Source of the DNA: Candidatus Latescibacterota bacterium
GTDB lineage: Bacteria; Latescibacterota; UBA2968; GCA-2709665
Assembly (NCBI GenBank): GCA_965219995.1
Contig: CBDCOX010000002.1
Location: 3,776,001-3,840,000, forward strand
DNA: 64,000 nt
Reading direction: 5' to 3'
The notes beneath the pieces were generated by a model that was given only the letters and a program-made list of their open reading frames with translations, was not told the origin of the DNA and did not search any database. Every line of letters begins with the position of its first letter. The first letter of the stretch is position 1. Both the position numbers and the translations under genes were made by a program. Below are positions 1 to 10,807 of the stretch, one piece after another.

Positions 1-254
1 GTCTGTGCGACGTAATAGCGCGATTGCTTCTGAGCATTGCCAGACATTTCAGTCTGACGACCGGCGATTCATCAATGATCCTGATAGACACTTGCGTACG
101 TCTTCGGAGAGCTGCGTAATGATTGGTATCAGTACCCTATTTCTATACATACGAATCAACTGGGATTTTTGCAATACCAGCCTCAGCCATTGTAGATGAA
201 ATATGGGATCTTCAACAAAGAAAGTTGCGATTTTCGGTGCTTCCAAAGCAGATC

Positions 255-1133
255 CTACCCCTTCTCTGCCATAAACGCCTCGTACAACGCCAGAGGCTGC
301 GACAGCGTTTCGTCGATTTCGGTGACGGCGAACCGGACCTCCACGGTACGTTCGTCGCCAACGCGGAAGTCGTCCCCGAACAGCGAGAGGTAGAGGGGGT
401 TCTGGTCCCTGAACGGGTCCTTCATGTTCTCGCTCTCGTACCCGCTGATTACCGCGTAGCAGTCCCGGGGGCGCGACATCAGCACGCCCGCAACGCCCGT
501 CTCCAGGTTCGCACTCATGATAACCGGCGCCTCGAAATACCGTTGCGGATTCCACTGGTAGAGGCCCCAGATCCGGTCCCATCGCCCGTCGGTGGACCGC
601 CTGGCCGCGTGCTGGTCCCTCGAGAAGACCAGTCCCGTTCCCACGAAGACGTCGTTCACCTGAGGCGCGATCCACCGCGCCCGGTCCGCGGGAATGTCGA
701 ACGGACTGCCCTGAACGTACACGTACGGCCGCAGCGACAGGTCGAAATAGTTCGACAGGAACACTTCGTACGCCGGGTAGGGCCAGTTGGACTTCACGGT
801 GATCGAGAGATCCACCGCATTGGGTTCGACAACCTCGTACCTGGCCGTGATCTCCGCCTTGTGTTCGTCCGTCGGCGCCCAGTGCACGTCGATCGCATTG
901 CCCTCGGACGTAATGCTGCGCTCGTTTTCCCGGGCCTGCCCCATACAGTGGTTCTGCGAAAACATGAAAAACAGATTCAGGAGGTCGTACTTGGGGTGGA
1001 CCACCTGCGTGCCCGTCGGTTTGTGCGTCAATTCCTTGATCCCGTGCCGGTCCCCGTCCGGCTGAATGTGCCCCGCCATTTGCTCCGTCTCGAAATGCCA
1101 GACGTTCTGCTCCGCATCGTGCCTCAGCGCCAT
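255..1133 (-). CDS. Conserved hypothetical protein (beta-rich, possibly galactose-mutarotase-like)
   Basis: ORF 255..1163; start moved to ATG 1133 (MALRHD) behind an AAAGGAGG RBS; natural protein composition; last gene of the minus-strand run. Confidence 0.7.
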   Translation of the reverse strand: MALRHDAEQNVWHFETEQMAGHIQPDGDRHGIKELTHKPTGTQVVHPKYDLLNLFFMFSQNHCMGQARENERSITSEGNAIDVHWAPTDEHKAEITARYEVVEPNAVDLSITVKSNWPYPAYEVFLSNYFDLSLRPYVYVQGSPFDIPADRARWIAPQVNDVFVGTGLVFSRDQHAARRSTDGRWDRIWGLYQWNPQRYFEAPVIMSANLETGVAGVLMSRPRDCYAVISGYESENMKDPFRDQNPLYLSLFGDDFRVGDERTVEVRFAVTEIDETLSQPLALYEAFMAEKG

Positions 1134-1182
1134 CTCAACGCCTCCTTTCAGGTCTCCAGCCAAAACCGGGTCGCGGGCCCTC

Positions 1183-3717
1183 TCACGTGAGTCTCAGACA
1201 TCTCGAAAACCCGTACGGATGCGCCGGAAGCAGGGCGCCGGCCATCGGCGGCGCGTCACTGACAATCGTCTGCCTGGCGGGCGCCTCGTATCCGGTGACC
1301 CATGCCTTCACAGTCAGTTCGTCGAGATCGTCACCCGTAATATCCAGCGTGACCGATGCCCATCCGCTGTCGTGAATGGTGAACAGATAATCGTCGCGTT
1401 CCCTCGGTCCCACGGGCGGAAGGAACCTGGCCGAGCCGTGACTGCTCCGACCCTGCCGGTGGATGCGCCGGGTCTCGTATGCGTATCGCGCCGGCACACC
1501 CTTGTATCGCGAACCACCGGCTTGGACGTGCACGCCGTCCAGCACCTTTTCCGGTCCGTGCAGGACAACGTGCAGTTCCGGACGCTCGAATCGATGCGGC
1601 ACAGCAACGTACCATTGCATCCTGTTGGTACCGTCAATTTGTTCGTCGCAGGTTGTCTCGGCGGAGAGACCGGGGATTTGCATATCCGGATGCACCGCGG
1701 GCCCCACGTCGCCCGTGAGCCGCCGGTCTCCGGGAAACCGGTATTCGCATCCCGGATCGCACAACCGGGCCATGAACGCCGCGCCGGGTATCGGTGACGC
1801 GTCCTCCTGCGCGTTGGCGAAGAACTTCAGCAACCGTACCTCGTTCCCCAACAGCGTCACCGACCCTTCCAGGTCCTGCCAGAAGGGATATACCTGCCGA
1901 ATCGTGTCCGGCGCATATCCCAACTCATCGTCCTGACCGAGATCCACGACCTGTGGTTCAGGAGAAGGATTTCGCAGCAGGAGCCACGCGCTGCCGTCCG
2001 AAGGATGCAGGAAGCCATACACTTCGCCGAAGGCCGGATTCCCCAGCACCATCCGCGTCTCCTTCGTCCCCAACTCGTCCGCGTTGAAACGCATCCAGTC
2101 CATCATCATCTGGAGTTGCTCCGCCCGGTCCAACCTCAGGCTTTCGGGATTGATCGGCATTGGCATATAGGTGGTGCCGCGGCAGGCCGCCAGCACCAGA
2201 TTGTCCAGCCAGGTATGGGGCGGATCGCCGAACGCGTTGGTCAAGGCCTGTACAAATTCGTGATTGTCATACGCGTCGAAGAAGATCGGCGTTTCCGCAC
2301 GTCGCATGATCTGATAATAGACCGTGTCCCGATGCGTCAGGGCCCGGTCGCGCTGGGTGCGAGACGGCCAGGACGCGTATTCGCAATCGCCCGAGTGTAT
2401 CAGCCAGACGTGGTTCGCCAGGCACAGCCACCAGGGACTCGGCCACCACCCGTTCCGCGTCACCAGGTCCGGGTTGACGGCCCGTAGGCGACGGTCGATC
2501 CTGTTGAACGCATTCACCGACGCCTCGCGCATGTGATCGGGTGACGGGAATCGGTCCCGGAAATCGGGATGGGTGGCGCACTCGTTGTCCCAGTCGATCT
2601 TCAGATGCACGGCGCCCACGCCTCCCACCAGCCGCTCCCAGCGCTGCGCGAGCGCTTCTTCGAAGGAGGGCTGCGCCATCACCACGAACGTACCGCTTCC
2701 GTAGGAACCTGGACCTTCGCCAACCCGCCATCCCTGCTCCTGAATCCAATCGGTGTCGAATCCCACCGGACCGTTGTGCGTGACCCACAACGCCAGTGAG
2801 AATCCCTTTCGTTTCAGATCCTCGGAAAACGCGATGAGCCGCGAATCGTCCTCGTCGTCGCCCTTGTGCCGGTAAATGGATTTCCTGTCGAACCAGCCGG
2901 CGTCAAAAGCCAGAGAATCCGGCTTCAGACCGAGATTCGATACCGCCTCTGCGTAGGCCTGGTTCATTTCGAACGAGTCGAGATACTCCCGATTGCCCAG
3001 ATAACGGACCGACCATCCCACCGAAAGATGGAATATCGGCTTCGGCAGCCGGGGCAGGCGGATCTGCCACGCGTAGTCCATAAACGCGCCACGCACGGCC
3101 TCGTGGCTCTCCGCCGCGCCGAACACCGCCGTGTAACTCTCGATGCGCCGTTCATTGTCCCACGCTGGGTGGTGAAACAGTTCGAGCCTGTCGCCGGGAA
3201 CCGCGAAACCCGCCGGATGCTCCAGCCCGGCAAACCAGTCTCCGGCCCACACCGGATACCCGCAGCCCGGAACCGGGGGTGCGTACGAGTCGAGCCCGAT
3301 CTGTTCTTCCCTGTCGGGCCCGCCGCGGACACCGTATCCCACGCGTCTCATGGGCCTTGGAGGACCGTCCTGAATGTCCACCCAGAGCCGTTCCGGTGTG
3401 GGCGCGCCCGGGCTGTCCGGCGCCTGAAGCGTCAACTGCTTTCTGAACCAGGGATTGTCTCCGTCGATCCAGTAGCGCACGCGCGCCTGAATTCCCGTGG
3501 TTTCGTGGCGATAATCGAACGCGATCCCGTCCTCACCGGGTTCCACACCGGTTCGGACAAACAGGTCCGCTGGAATCTCCACGTCGCCGAGCCGGATCAT
3601 GAACGCGGGAAAGTCGAACGCGCGGCGCGAACCCGACAGCCGATTCTCCACCTGCAGATGTCCATCCTCCCATTGCAGGCAGAGGGTGCTGTTTTCGAGT
3701 ACCCATTGATCGCTCAC
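1183..3717 (-). CDS. Putative glycoside hydrolase (GH36/GH27-like TIM barrel)
   Basis: ORF 1183..3741, likely GTG start 3717 after GGGAGG; motifs FDAGWF, LALW and HLKIDWD resemble the clan GH-D DDGW and Y(L/I)KxD motifs. Confidence 0.55.
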   Translation of the reverse strand: MSDQWVLENSTLCLQWEDGHLQVENRLSGSRRAFDFPAFMIRLGDVEIPADLFVRTGVEPGEDGIAFDYRHETTGIQARVRYWIDGDNPWFRKQLTLQAPDSPGAPTPERLWVDIQDGPPRPMRRVGYGVRGGPDREEQIGLDSYAPPVPGCGYPVWAGDWFAGLEHPAGFAVPGDRLELFHHPAWDNERRIESYTAVFGAAESHEAVRGAFMDYAWQIRLPRLPKPIFHLSVGWSVRYLGNREYLDSFEMNQAYAEAVSNLGLKPDSLAFDAGWFDRKSIYRHKGDDEDDSRLIAFSEDLKRKGFSLALWVTHNGPVGFDTDWIQEQGWRVGEGPGSYGSGTFVVMAQPSFEEALAQRWERLVGGVGAVHLKIDWDNECATHPDFRDRFPSPDHMREASVNAFNRIDRRLRAVNPDLVTRNGWWPSPWWLCLANHVWLIHSGDCEYASWPSRTQRDRALTHRDTVYYQIMRRAETPIFFDAYDNHEFVQALTNAFGDPPHTWLDNLVLAACRGTTYMPMPINPESLRLDRAEQLQMMMDWMRFNADELGTKETRMVLGNPAFGEVYGFLHPSDGSAWLLLRNPSPEPQVVDLGQDDELGYAPDTIRQVYPFWQDLEGSVTLLGNEVRLLKFFANAQEDASPIPGAAFMARLCDPGCEYRFPGDRRLTGDVGPAVHPDMQIPGLSAETTCDEQIDGTNRMQWYVAVPHRFERPELHVVLHGPEKVLDGVHVQAGGSRYKGVPARYAYETRRIHRQGRSSHGSARFLPPVGPRERDDYLFTIHDSGWASVTLDITGDDLDELTVKAWVTGYEAPARQTIVSDAPPMAGALLPAHPYGFSRCLRLT

Positions 3718-3759
3718 AAAAATGCCTCCCTGATGTGTCAATCAACCTGGAAATGGCGT

Positions 3760-3855
3760 GCTCGCTGAGCCCGCTTCGACTGGCTTGCAAAGCGCGCATT
3801 TCGACAAGCTTGCTTCGGCAGGCTCAGCACAGGCAATGAACGCGCTTTGGCAAGT
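3760..3855. repeat. Nested short palindromic repeats (TTCGACAAGCT / CTTCGGCAGGCTCAGC type)
   Basis: gcttgcaaagcgcgcatt pairs with aatgaacgcgctttggcaagt; gctgagcc pairs with ggctcagc. Confidence 0.45.
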
Positions 3856-3875
3856 CGGTCGTCCACGTCGTTCTA

Positions 3876-6290
3876 CTATCCAATGCGAATCGTCTGCCCC
3901 GCTTCGACGGAATGCTCTGTGCCCACACCTTCACCCTTCGCGATTTCGACGACCGATTGATCGCCATCGGTGTTCGTCACATAGATTCCGCCGCCCGGTG
4001 CGGCATCGGCCCTGATATCTCCATTCACGCGCAGGGAATGCGTCACGGCCAGCAAACAGGCGCTCTCGCTGTTGAGAGGAACGTGATAGCGCACGGCATC
4101 GCCGTTCACGTCAACCGAGGCGCCGGCATAGACGAGGACGTCCTCCTGCCGCGCCTGCGTAAACGTACAAACCTCGCGCTTTTCCTCGAAATTCGCGGCC
4201 GCGAGGTAGCCGTCCGTCACCAGGCAGGCGCTCCGGTCCGGCCCCGCAAGGACGTCGAGCCGGCTGGCAGGTGTGTCTTCGTGGGCCTGCTCGGGAATCA
4301 GCAGCGCGGCCAGAGACGCGGCCTCCTCGCCCGCCCGCAACGCCCTTTCTTCCGCCAGCCGCGAAAGCGTGAGGTCGTCCGCAATCGCTCGATACGGTTT
4401 ATAGAAGTGCCGGTTCAGATAACCCGCCTCGCCCGTGGCCGAAAACACAATGCCCAGGCGGTCGTCGACATTCAGCCATTCCGGCCTGCCGAGGCTATCC
4501 TCGATATCCTCGTCCTCGCGTTCGCCGAGCCAGCCTCTGTAATCGGTTGACCCATCGGGGCGGTACAGTGTGCGGACCCCTCTGCAGTTCGGTTCGAGCA
4601 GCGGGAAATGCTCATTGGTAATCCGCAGGAACCCCTGGTCGAGCGATTCCAGCGTCAGGTCTTCCAGGGCCCTGAACCGCTCGAAAGACAGCGCACGCCC
4701 ATCCGGCAGGCTGGCGAACAACACCTGCTGCCGCAGTGACTCCTGGCACCGGTCCATGACCATCGCCACGGCGAACCCGTTGTCATAGTCCGCCACGCGC
4801 GCGCGCTTCAGGCGATGGCTGTCCGGGCGCTCCTTTACCACCGGCCTGCCCAGCCAGCTGTCCGAACAGGGCGCGATCGTATAGATGCCCTCCCTGGTCA
4901 GCGGCATTGCCATCACGGAATTCCGCCACGAAAACGAGGTTTGCCCTTTCGGATGCCGGTGATGGACGAAACCCGCGTGCGGGTATTCGCGCACCCCGGC
5001 CAGTCGCCGCTCGAGTTCGTCTTCCGGGGTAGCTTTTGGCCCCGTGCCGAACAGCCGGTGGAAAAGGTACTGGTGCGCAACCGCGCTGATCGTGACTTCC
5101 CGCATGATCATGGGGTCCTGCTGATCGTGCGCCCGTTCCGCAAAGTCCCTGTCGTACATACGCCCATCGTTGCCATCCTGCCGCAGTTCCGCGTTGCGGA
5201 GCCCCCTGCGCAGTAGCGCGGCGGCATCGGCGTCGTCGAAAAACACGGCGGCGGCCGAATGCGGGTTCTCGCTTCCGGCAGCGGGCAGATAGTGCCAGTC
5301 CATTCCCTGGACGGCCTGGGCGTATCCCCACCCGTCGGTCATCGCTTTGAGATTCTCGTAGACCCTGCGCCGGTTCCAGAACAACTCCGGCGGCAGTTCC
5401 CGTCCCCACAGCTTCAATTGAACCCCCGCCGAACTGAGCGGTCGGACGCCCGACGCGGTGTAGTTCGGATGTACCATCCCGTGATTTTCCGCCCAGTAGT
5501 CCGGTAGCGCCGTGAATATCTTTCCCGCAAGCGCTCCCGCCGTCGTCCGGCCCAATGCGCCGCGGTCCTTCGCGTCCTGCGGCGCCGAACAGGTGGAATA
5601 CATCCACCGCCTGCACGTTGCCTCCCATTCGGCGGCGTCTGCGTGGCGCTCCAGAAACAGATGGCAGGAGGTCAGACCGTTGGACGTCCAGGCATTCTCT
5701 TCCATCTGCGTATCCACGTATATCCCGCTCTTCGGGGCCATGTTCCCGAATCTGCCGGCATAGTCCGCGTGGACTCGCGCCATCATCATCCACGTCTCGT
5801 CGTCAATCCGGTCCCACAACAAAAGGCAAACACGCGCCAGCGCCGAGATCCCGTGGCCGCACTGGCTTTCCTTGAAGAACCCCAGCCCGCGTTCGCCCCA
5901 CTTGGTACCGCAGATCTCGGGACGTCCCAGTCCCACGCCGGGCCGGACGCAATCCGGCGGGCCTGAGTCGTGCGTGAAGCAAAGATACCTCAGCCCCATA
6001 ATCGCCATGCGCTGAAGGTCGCTCCTGGATACGCCAGCCCGATTCTCGTCGTACTCCGGTGAGATGCTGGCGAGGGCAAACGTCTCCACGGGCGACGTGG
6101 TCTCGGCGCCATACCAGTGGACGCCGCCGAAGAAGTGCCCGCAGTCCGGGCGGTCCGGCCATTCCTGGAAATACTCGACGCCCGTGGGAATCCACTTCTC
6201 CATCATCCGCAGATAGCGGCGACTAAGTTCGTTTTCTTCCGCCGGAAGGAATGGCGCCTTCAATTCCGTCGTGTCTTCCATTCTGACCAT
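3876..6290 (-). CDS. Uncharacterised ~800-aa protein, paralog of 11014..13428 (possibly polysaccharide-lyase-like)
   Basis: ORF 3876..6326, likely ATG 6290 after GGAG; shares RPDCGHFFGGVHWYG, GTKWGERG, DTQMEENAWT and ENHGMVHP motifs with the paralog. Confidence 0.75.
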   Translation of the reverse strand: MVRMEDTTELKAPFLPAEENELSRRYLRMMEKWIPTGVEYFQEWPDRPDCGHFFGGVHWYGAETTSPVETFALASISPEYDENRAGVSRSDLQRMAIMGLRYLCFTHDSGPPDCVRPGVGLGRPEICGTKWGERGLGFFKESQCGHGISALARVCLLLWDRIDDETWMMMARVHADYAGRFGNMAPKSGIYVDTQMEENAWTSNGLTSCHLFLERHADAAEWEATCRRWMYSTCSAPQDAKDRGALGRTTAGALAGKIFTALPDYWAENHGMVHPNYTASGVRPLSSAGVQLKLWGRELPPELFWNRRRVYENLKAMTDGWGYAQAVQGMDWHYLPAAGSENPHSAAAVFFDDADAAALLRRGLRNAELRQDGNDGRMYDRDFAERAHDQQDPMIMREVTISAVAHQYLFHRLFGTGPKATPEDELERRLAGVREYPHAGFVHHRHPKGQTSFSWRNSVMAMPLTREGIYTIAPCSDSWLGRPVVKERPDSHRLKRARVADYDNGFAVAMVMDRCQESLRQQVLFASLPDGRALSFERFRALEDLTLESLDQGFLRITNEHFPLLEPNCRGVRTLYRPDGSTDYRGWLGEREDEDIEDSLGRPEWLNVDDRLGIVFSATGEAGYLNRHFYKPYRAIADDLTLSRLAEERALRAGEEAASLAALLIPEQAHEDTPASRLDVLAGPDRSACLVTDGYLAAANFEEKREVCTFTQARQEDVLVYAGASVDVNGDAVRYHVPLNSESACLLAVTHSLRVNGDIRADAAPGGGIYVTNTDGDQSVVEIAKGEGVGTEHSVEAGQTIRIG

Positions 6291-6318
6291 TTCATCTTCT
6301 CCTTGCTCCAATACAGCT

Positions 6319-6346
6319 GTCAGCAATCAGCCATCAGCAGTCAGCC
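6319..6346. repeat. TCAGCNN heptamer tandem repeat
   Basis: tcagcaa-tcagcca-tcagcag-tcagccc. Confidence 0.7.
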
Positions 6347-6367
6347 CGTCCACCCATCCCGACCCAT

Positions 6368-6645
6368 GGGTAGACGGTAGACGTGAGACGGGAGATGATG
6401 TCAGTGCCAAAAAACGGGTAGACGTAAGACGTGAGACGTGAGATATTGTCTGCCCCGTTGGGTTTCACTTCTTGCCGGAGGCATTTAGGTACGAACCAAT
6501 CGGGCAATGACGTCATCTACCGTCTACCGTCTTGCGTCTCACCGGTTTTCTTGCCCCGTCCGGTTTCATTTTGCGCCGAAGGCATTAAGTACGAACCAAT
6601 CGGGCAAGGGCTTCTTCTACCGTCTTGCGTCTCACGTCTCCCCGC
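6368..6645 (-). repeat. Heptamer-armed dispersed element, copy A, plus a partial tandem duplicate
   Basis: GTGAGAC/GTAGAC arms facing GTCTCAC/GTCTAC arms; core reverse-complements to 17450-17580 and 25712-25910; part of the core (ggcatt.agtacgaaccaatcgggcaa) is repeated at ~6580-6607. Confidence 0.85.
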
Positions 6646-6697
6646 CTTTGATTTTCTTTGTGTCTTCGTGTCTCCGTGTGAGTCGAATTTTGCCACC

Positions 6698-9415
6698 CTA
6701 TTTCCGGGGCAGAATTAGATGTCTCACGTCCATGATCTCATATCGATTTTCGCCAACCCAGGACCGGCGCGGAAAATAGACGTGGCGGCTCGTTCCGTCC
6801 GGGTCGATTTCGAACCCGGGATCGTCGTCCAGGACCAGGACGGTCCGGCCATCCCGAATCACGACGTCCGCCAGTCCGAGCCCCAGCGTAAACCCGACCC
6901 CGTCTTTGACCACGGCCGTCAATCCTGTTATCCTGCCCCCTTCGGGAACACTGCCGTCCACGATCAGTCCGTTGACGTCGGAACCGGCTTCCTTTCGCAA
7001 CACCTCCTGAATCGCACCCCTGAATATTCCTCGCCCCGCGAGTTTGGCATTGCCCTTTTGCAGCAGCGACCCGCCGACCAGGGTCATCCGTTCGACGCCG
7101 TCCCGCTCGCGCACGAACCCGATCCGGCCGTCCAGCACCGCGTCTCCCACGACCATCCGCTTCCCATCCGGGTTGCAGAACAGAAAATCCGTATAGTCCT
7201 TCCCGTCGATCTTCAGCGCCACGCCGTCCGAACCGGTGCGCAGTCGCTCGACCGAGCGCAAGAACGGCGCAGCGCCGAACGGTTCCAGCACATTCACGAA
7301 TACACTGGAAAGATCCTCACCCTGCCTTCTATGGATCAATGCCGGCATGGTGACGTCATCGAGCCTGGCTTCGCTTTCTTCCGCACGCCGCACGGACGGC
7401 ATGCTCCCGAAGAGCAGTTCCCCGTCCAACTCCGAGACCCCGTGGATGCGGACCGCGCCCTCAGGTTCGCCCGTGCTGGTGAACACCACCTGCCACGGTG
7501 CGGCAATTCGCGTGCGGCTGACGTCTCGCACGTAAGCGTATACGAAGTTGTGACCCTCGGCATATCCGGGTACTGTTTCCCCGCTGGGCAGCACGACCTT
7601 CACGCCGGGCGGCAGCAGCGTCTCGCCGAAGGCCGACCGATCCAGCTCCGTCTCGATCTCACCGTCGTTATTCGCGTCTCCCACAAGCACGAAGTCGTGC
7701 TGCGATCCCCCTTCAACCCGAAACACATCCACCACGTAAGCGTTCTGCTCCGAAACGCCGATCATCACGAGCAATCTACTGTAATCCCTTACGACCCCGG
7801 GATATGCCCGGTTGCCCTGCGCGGCCACCGCCTGAAACCCGCTGTTTCCCGGCACAAACAACAGCAAGTTGCCGTCGGAAGGGTTGTCTTCATGGCCCCG
7901 CGCCTGGTCCTCGCCGTTCACGACCACGGTGCTGTGTGACAGCGTGCTGGACGCCCACTGCCGCTGGTGGGTCCAGGTGTATCCTATGTCGGACAGCCGC
8001 TCCTGACCATGAGAAAACAGCGTAATGCTCAACAGGTCCGCGTGCGCGTGGCCGTATGCGCCGGAAAAGTGCAGGTGAGCCTGCATCTGATTTGCGCCAT
8101 TGCCGCGACCCAGCCAGGCGTGCCCCGCGCCGCCAAGCAGATAGGGACGGGAGCATTCCGTGGGCGCACGATGCTCCCGTGCCCAGGTATCGTGTACCGC
8201 AACCACGCGCCCGTTTGGGTATCGCAGGAGATCCGGAATCCGCCTCGCCTTTTCGAAGAGCGGGAACCGGTCCGACAGGTCCAGATTCTCGTAACGCGCT
8301 CCGGTTTCGGGATGAACATAGCCTTCTGGATCGCTATACCCATCCAGCAGGTCCATCGCGCCGGCCAGGCCGCCCACTGTCTGATTATGATACGAGACCG
8401 CCGCTTCCCGCCACATGCCATCCACGAAAAACTGCTTGCGGATCAGGTCGCCAATCCAGTCCACCGCCTCGTGCACGTACTCGGGCTCGGCAAGGACCCG
8501 TCCCGCCGAAATCAGGCCGTGCAGGATCGCCGGATCCATATTGCTGAGCGTAATCGGATAGGAACGCACAAACGAAACGCTGCCCCGTATCAGATCGTCT
8601 TCGATTCTCCGCTTCATACCGTCGTCAACCTGGCCGCTTTCACGAATCAGATCGTAGGCGAGGACCAGGTTTGACGGAATATCCCCGTACGCCCAGTAGT
8701 CCCACTTCGCCGCCAGATACGGTGACACCGGAAACGGGAACGTCCGGTCTCCTTCAAAAACCACCTTGGGCCGGAACGGCGCGTCGAACCGTGCGCAGTA
8801 TCCGGGATAGACATGGGCGAAGCGATCCAGGATCAGCGCCGCCCTGCGGGCGAATTCCGGTTTCCCGGTGAGAAAATACAGCTTTCCGAGATGATGGGCC
8901 GCATCGGAAAAATACATCCGGGCCACGTACCATCCCTTGGCCCGGAAATAGTGCCGGTACTTCTTGTCCGGCGCGAACTGCGAGAGCGATCCGGGCAGCT
9001 CAGCCGGCGGGGGAAACGGCGCCTCCCAGTACGGATACTCCTGGACCTCGCCCCGCGGATTGGTTACCCGCATCACCCCGTTTTCGGGAAACATCGGGTT
9101 CGGAAACCGCATCTTGCAGAACAGGCAGAAAGCCCGATCGGGCTCCTCGATCGACCACGACAGTTGATTCTCCTCGGCGCCCCCCTCGCAATTCGGACAG
9201 TCCACAAACCGGAAGCCGGACCGGTCCGGAATCAATCGATTAAGCTCGTCTTCGGACAGCGCCATGAGGGGCGCCAGGCTTTCCTCGAGACCCGCAACAT
9301 GACCCTGGTCGACGTCAGGATGAAACACCGGGCCCGCGCAAAGACGCTCAGGCATCAGAATCAGCAGAAATGCGAGGGCCGACACCACCAGGATCACTAT
9401 CATTTCGCGGTCCAT
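6698..9415 (-). CDS. Heparinase II/III-like polysaccharide lyase family protein, secreted or membrane-anchored
   Basis: ATG 9415 overlaps the upstream TGA (TGATG); N-terminal hydrophobic segment; DGMWREAAVSYH, GHAHADLLSITLF, DIGY and SHSTVVVNG motifs; CxxC pairs near the N-terminus. Confidence 0.8.
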   Translation of the reverse strand: MDREMIVILVVSALAFLLILMPERLCAGPVFHPDVDQGHVAGLEESLAPLMALSEDELNRLIPDRSGFRFVDCPNCEGGAEENQLSWSIEEPDRAFCLFCKMRFPNPMFPENGVMRVTNPRGEVQEYPYWEAPFPPPAELPGSLSQFAPDKKYRHYFRAKGWYVARMYFSDAAHHLGKLYFLTGKPEFARRAALILDRFAHVYPGYCARFDAPFRPKVVFEGDRTFPFPVSPYLAAKWDYWAYGDIPSNLVLAYDLIRESGQVDDGMKRRIEDDLIRGSVSFVRSYPITLSNMDPAILHGLISAGRVLAEPEYVHEAVDWIGDLIRKQFFVDGMWREAAVSYHNQTVGGLAGAMDLLDGYSDPEGYVHPETGARYENLDLSDRFPLFEKARRIPDLLRYPNGRVVAVHDTWAREHRAPTECSRPYLLGGAGHAWLGRGNGANQMQAHLHFSGAYGHAHADLLSITLFSHGQERLSDIGYTWTHQRQWASSTLSHSTVVVNGEDQARGHEDNPSDGNLLLFVPGNSGFQAVAAQGNRAYPGVVRDYSRLLVMIGVSEQNAYVVDVFRVEGGSQHDFVLVGDANNDGEIETELDRSAFGETLLPPGVKVVLPSGETVPGYAEGHNFVYAYVRDVSRTRIAAPWQVVFTSTGEPEGAVRIHGVSELDGELLFGSMPSVRRAEESEARLDDVTMPALIHRRQGEDLSSVFVNVLEPFGAAPFLRSVERLRTGSDGVALKIDGKDYTDFLFCNPDGKRMVVGDAVLDGRIGFVRERDGVERMTLVGGSLLQKGNAKLAGRGIFRGAIQEVLRKEAGSDVNGLIVDGSVPEGGRITGLTAVVKDGVGFTLGLGLADVVIRDGRTVLVLDDDPGFEIDPDGTSRHVYFPRRSWVGENRYEIMDVRHLILPRK

Positions 9416-10803
9416 CACGCAGGGAATTCGACGTCCTCGTCCAGTGGAAACACGGGCCGTCGAATCCGTTTGTAGGGCAATGTCTCCAGCGCCAGGGTCG
9501 TACACCCCGGGCTGACCGCCATCAGCGCCGTGCCGGCGATTTCCCGCAATTCCGGGGCGAGATATCCGTGTTTTACAACCACGATCTCGTGTGCAGCGGG
9601 ATCCACGTTGGCCTCTTCAAAGGCCCGCAGGTCCAGGAACGGCATGCGGTCGGCCGTCAACACGACCCTGACGCCATCCACCAGAAACACGGCAATCCGC
9701 GGCGGATTCATGGCGACGACCTGGCCCATTACCTCGAGAGGAGACCCGTTCATCCTGTCGAGCTTGCCGCCCACGTTCAGCGTCAATCTGGCCCCGATTC
9801 CCGCTTCGAGGCACCGCGCCACGGCCTCAGCGTCGGCGATCCCCGCGACAACCGCGTCTCTTGCGCCCGCCTCCAGCAGCGCCTTCAGCACCAAAGGCAC
9901 ATCCCCCGCCGCCCCTGCCGTGACATTGTCTCCCGAGTCGGAAAGAAATACGGGATAGCGGGTCTCGCGCAACGCCCGCCGAACGACGTCTTCCACGGGC
10001 AGCGTCACCACGTCCGGCGCGAATTCACCGCGGCGGCGCCAGATTTCCTGCGCCATGCGTTCCGCCTGCGCCACGGCCGCGTCGCGATTCTCCGAAACCA
10101 CGATCGCCGCCGCGGACGTAAACGGCGAGTCGGTCCACGCGCACCCGATCGTGAGAGACGCGTCCAGAACGTCGGGTTGCGCTTCCACGTCCGGAAGTCC
10201 CGCGTACAGGGACCGGGCGGGCTCCACCCCCGTGGCCGCGTGTTCGCCAGGAAGCAGCATGGGCAGCCTTACGATGGCATTCAGGGGCCGGATGCCTTCA
10301 TTCACGCAGCGGACCAGATGTCCGATCGCGCGTACCTGGGTCTCGCGCCTGTCCACGTGGGGCGCCGTCCGCAGCGCGGTGAGTACATTGGTGTTCTCCA
10401 CGACCTCGGGCGCAAGATTGCAGTGCAGGTCCAGGCTGGCGACGATCGGAATCTCGTCGCCGACCGTCTCGCGCACGCGGAAGACCAGGTCGCGCTCCCC
10501 GTCGCCAACGTCCTCCACCTCCATCGCCCCGTGCAGATCCAGGTACACGCCGTCCACGGTGGATGACCGGCGCAGTCGATCCACCAGTTCGTCCGCCATG
10601 GACTCGTACGCCTCCCGGAGAACCAGCCCATGCGGCTGTGCCTTTGCAACCAGCGCTGGCGCCCATTCGACGTTGCCGAACGCCTGCCGGGGAACATCGG
10701 CCAGGACTTCCTCTCCGCGCAGGACGCGAAAGTCCTCGATACCCGCCCGAAGCGGAGAAAACGTGTTCGTTTCGTGCCTGATCCCGCATATCGCCAGTCT
10801 CAT
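9415..10803 (-). CDS. M81 family metallopeptidase (MlrC-like)
   Basis: HETNTFSP, LDLHGAM, SLDLHCN, TAPHVD and DSGDNVTAG motifs. Confidence 0.9.
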   Translation of the reverse strand: MRLAICGIRHETNTFSPLRAGIEDFRVLRGEEVLADVPRQAFGNVEWAPALVAKAQPHGLVLREAYESMADELVDRLRRSSTVDGVYLDLHGAMEVEDVGDGERDLVFRVRETVGDEIPIVASLDLHCNLAPEVVENTNVLTALRTAPHVDRRETQVRAIGHLVRCVNEGIRPLNAIVRLPMLLPGEHAATGVEPARSLYAGLPDVEAQPDVLDASLTIGCAWTDSPFTSAAAIVVSENRDAAVAQAERMAQEIWRRRGEFAPDVVTLPVEDVVRRALRETRYPVFLSDSGDNVTAGAAGDVPLVLKALLEAGARDAVVAGIADAEAVARCLEAGIGARLTLNVGGKLDRMNGSPLEVMGQVVAMNPPRIAVFLVDGVRVVLTADRMPFLDLRAFEEANVDPAAHEIVVVKHGYLAPELREIAGTALMAVSPGCTTLALETLPYKRIRRPVFPLDEDVEFPA

Positions 10804-10807
10804 TTAA

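Noticed and set aside
1-254. AT-richer stretch with short minus-strand frames (possible gene start running off the window)
   Set aside because: Too short and truncated to support a call
6334-6516. Small ORFs sharing CLRQ.VKP..ADN.SRL (also the N-terminus of ORF 17461..18210)
   Set aside because: The similarity derives from the DNA repeat element; the frame relative to the ATG is not conserved among copies
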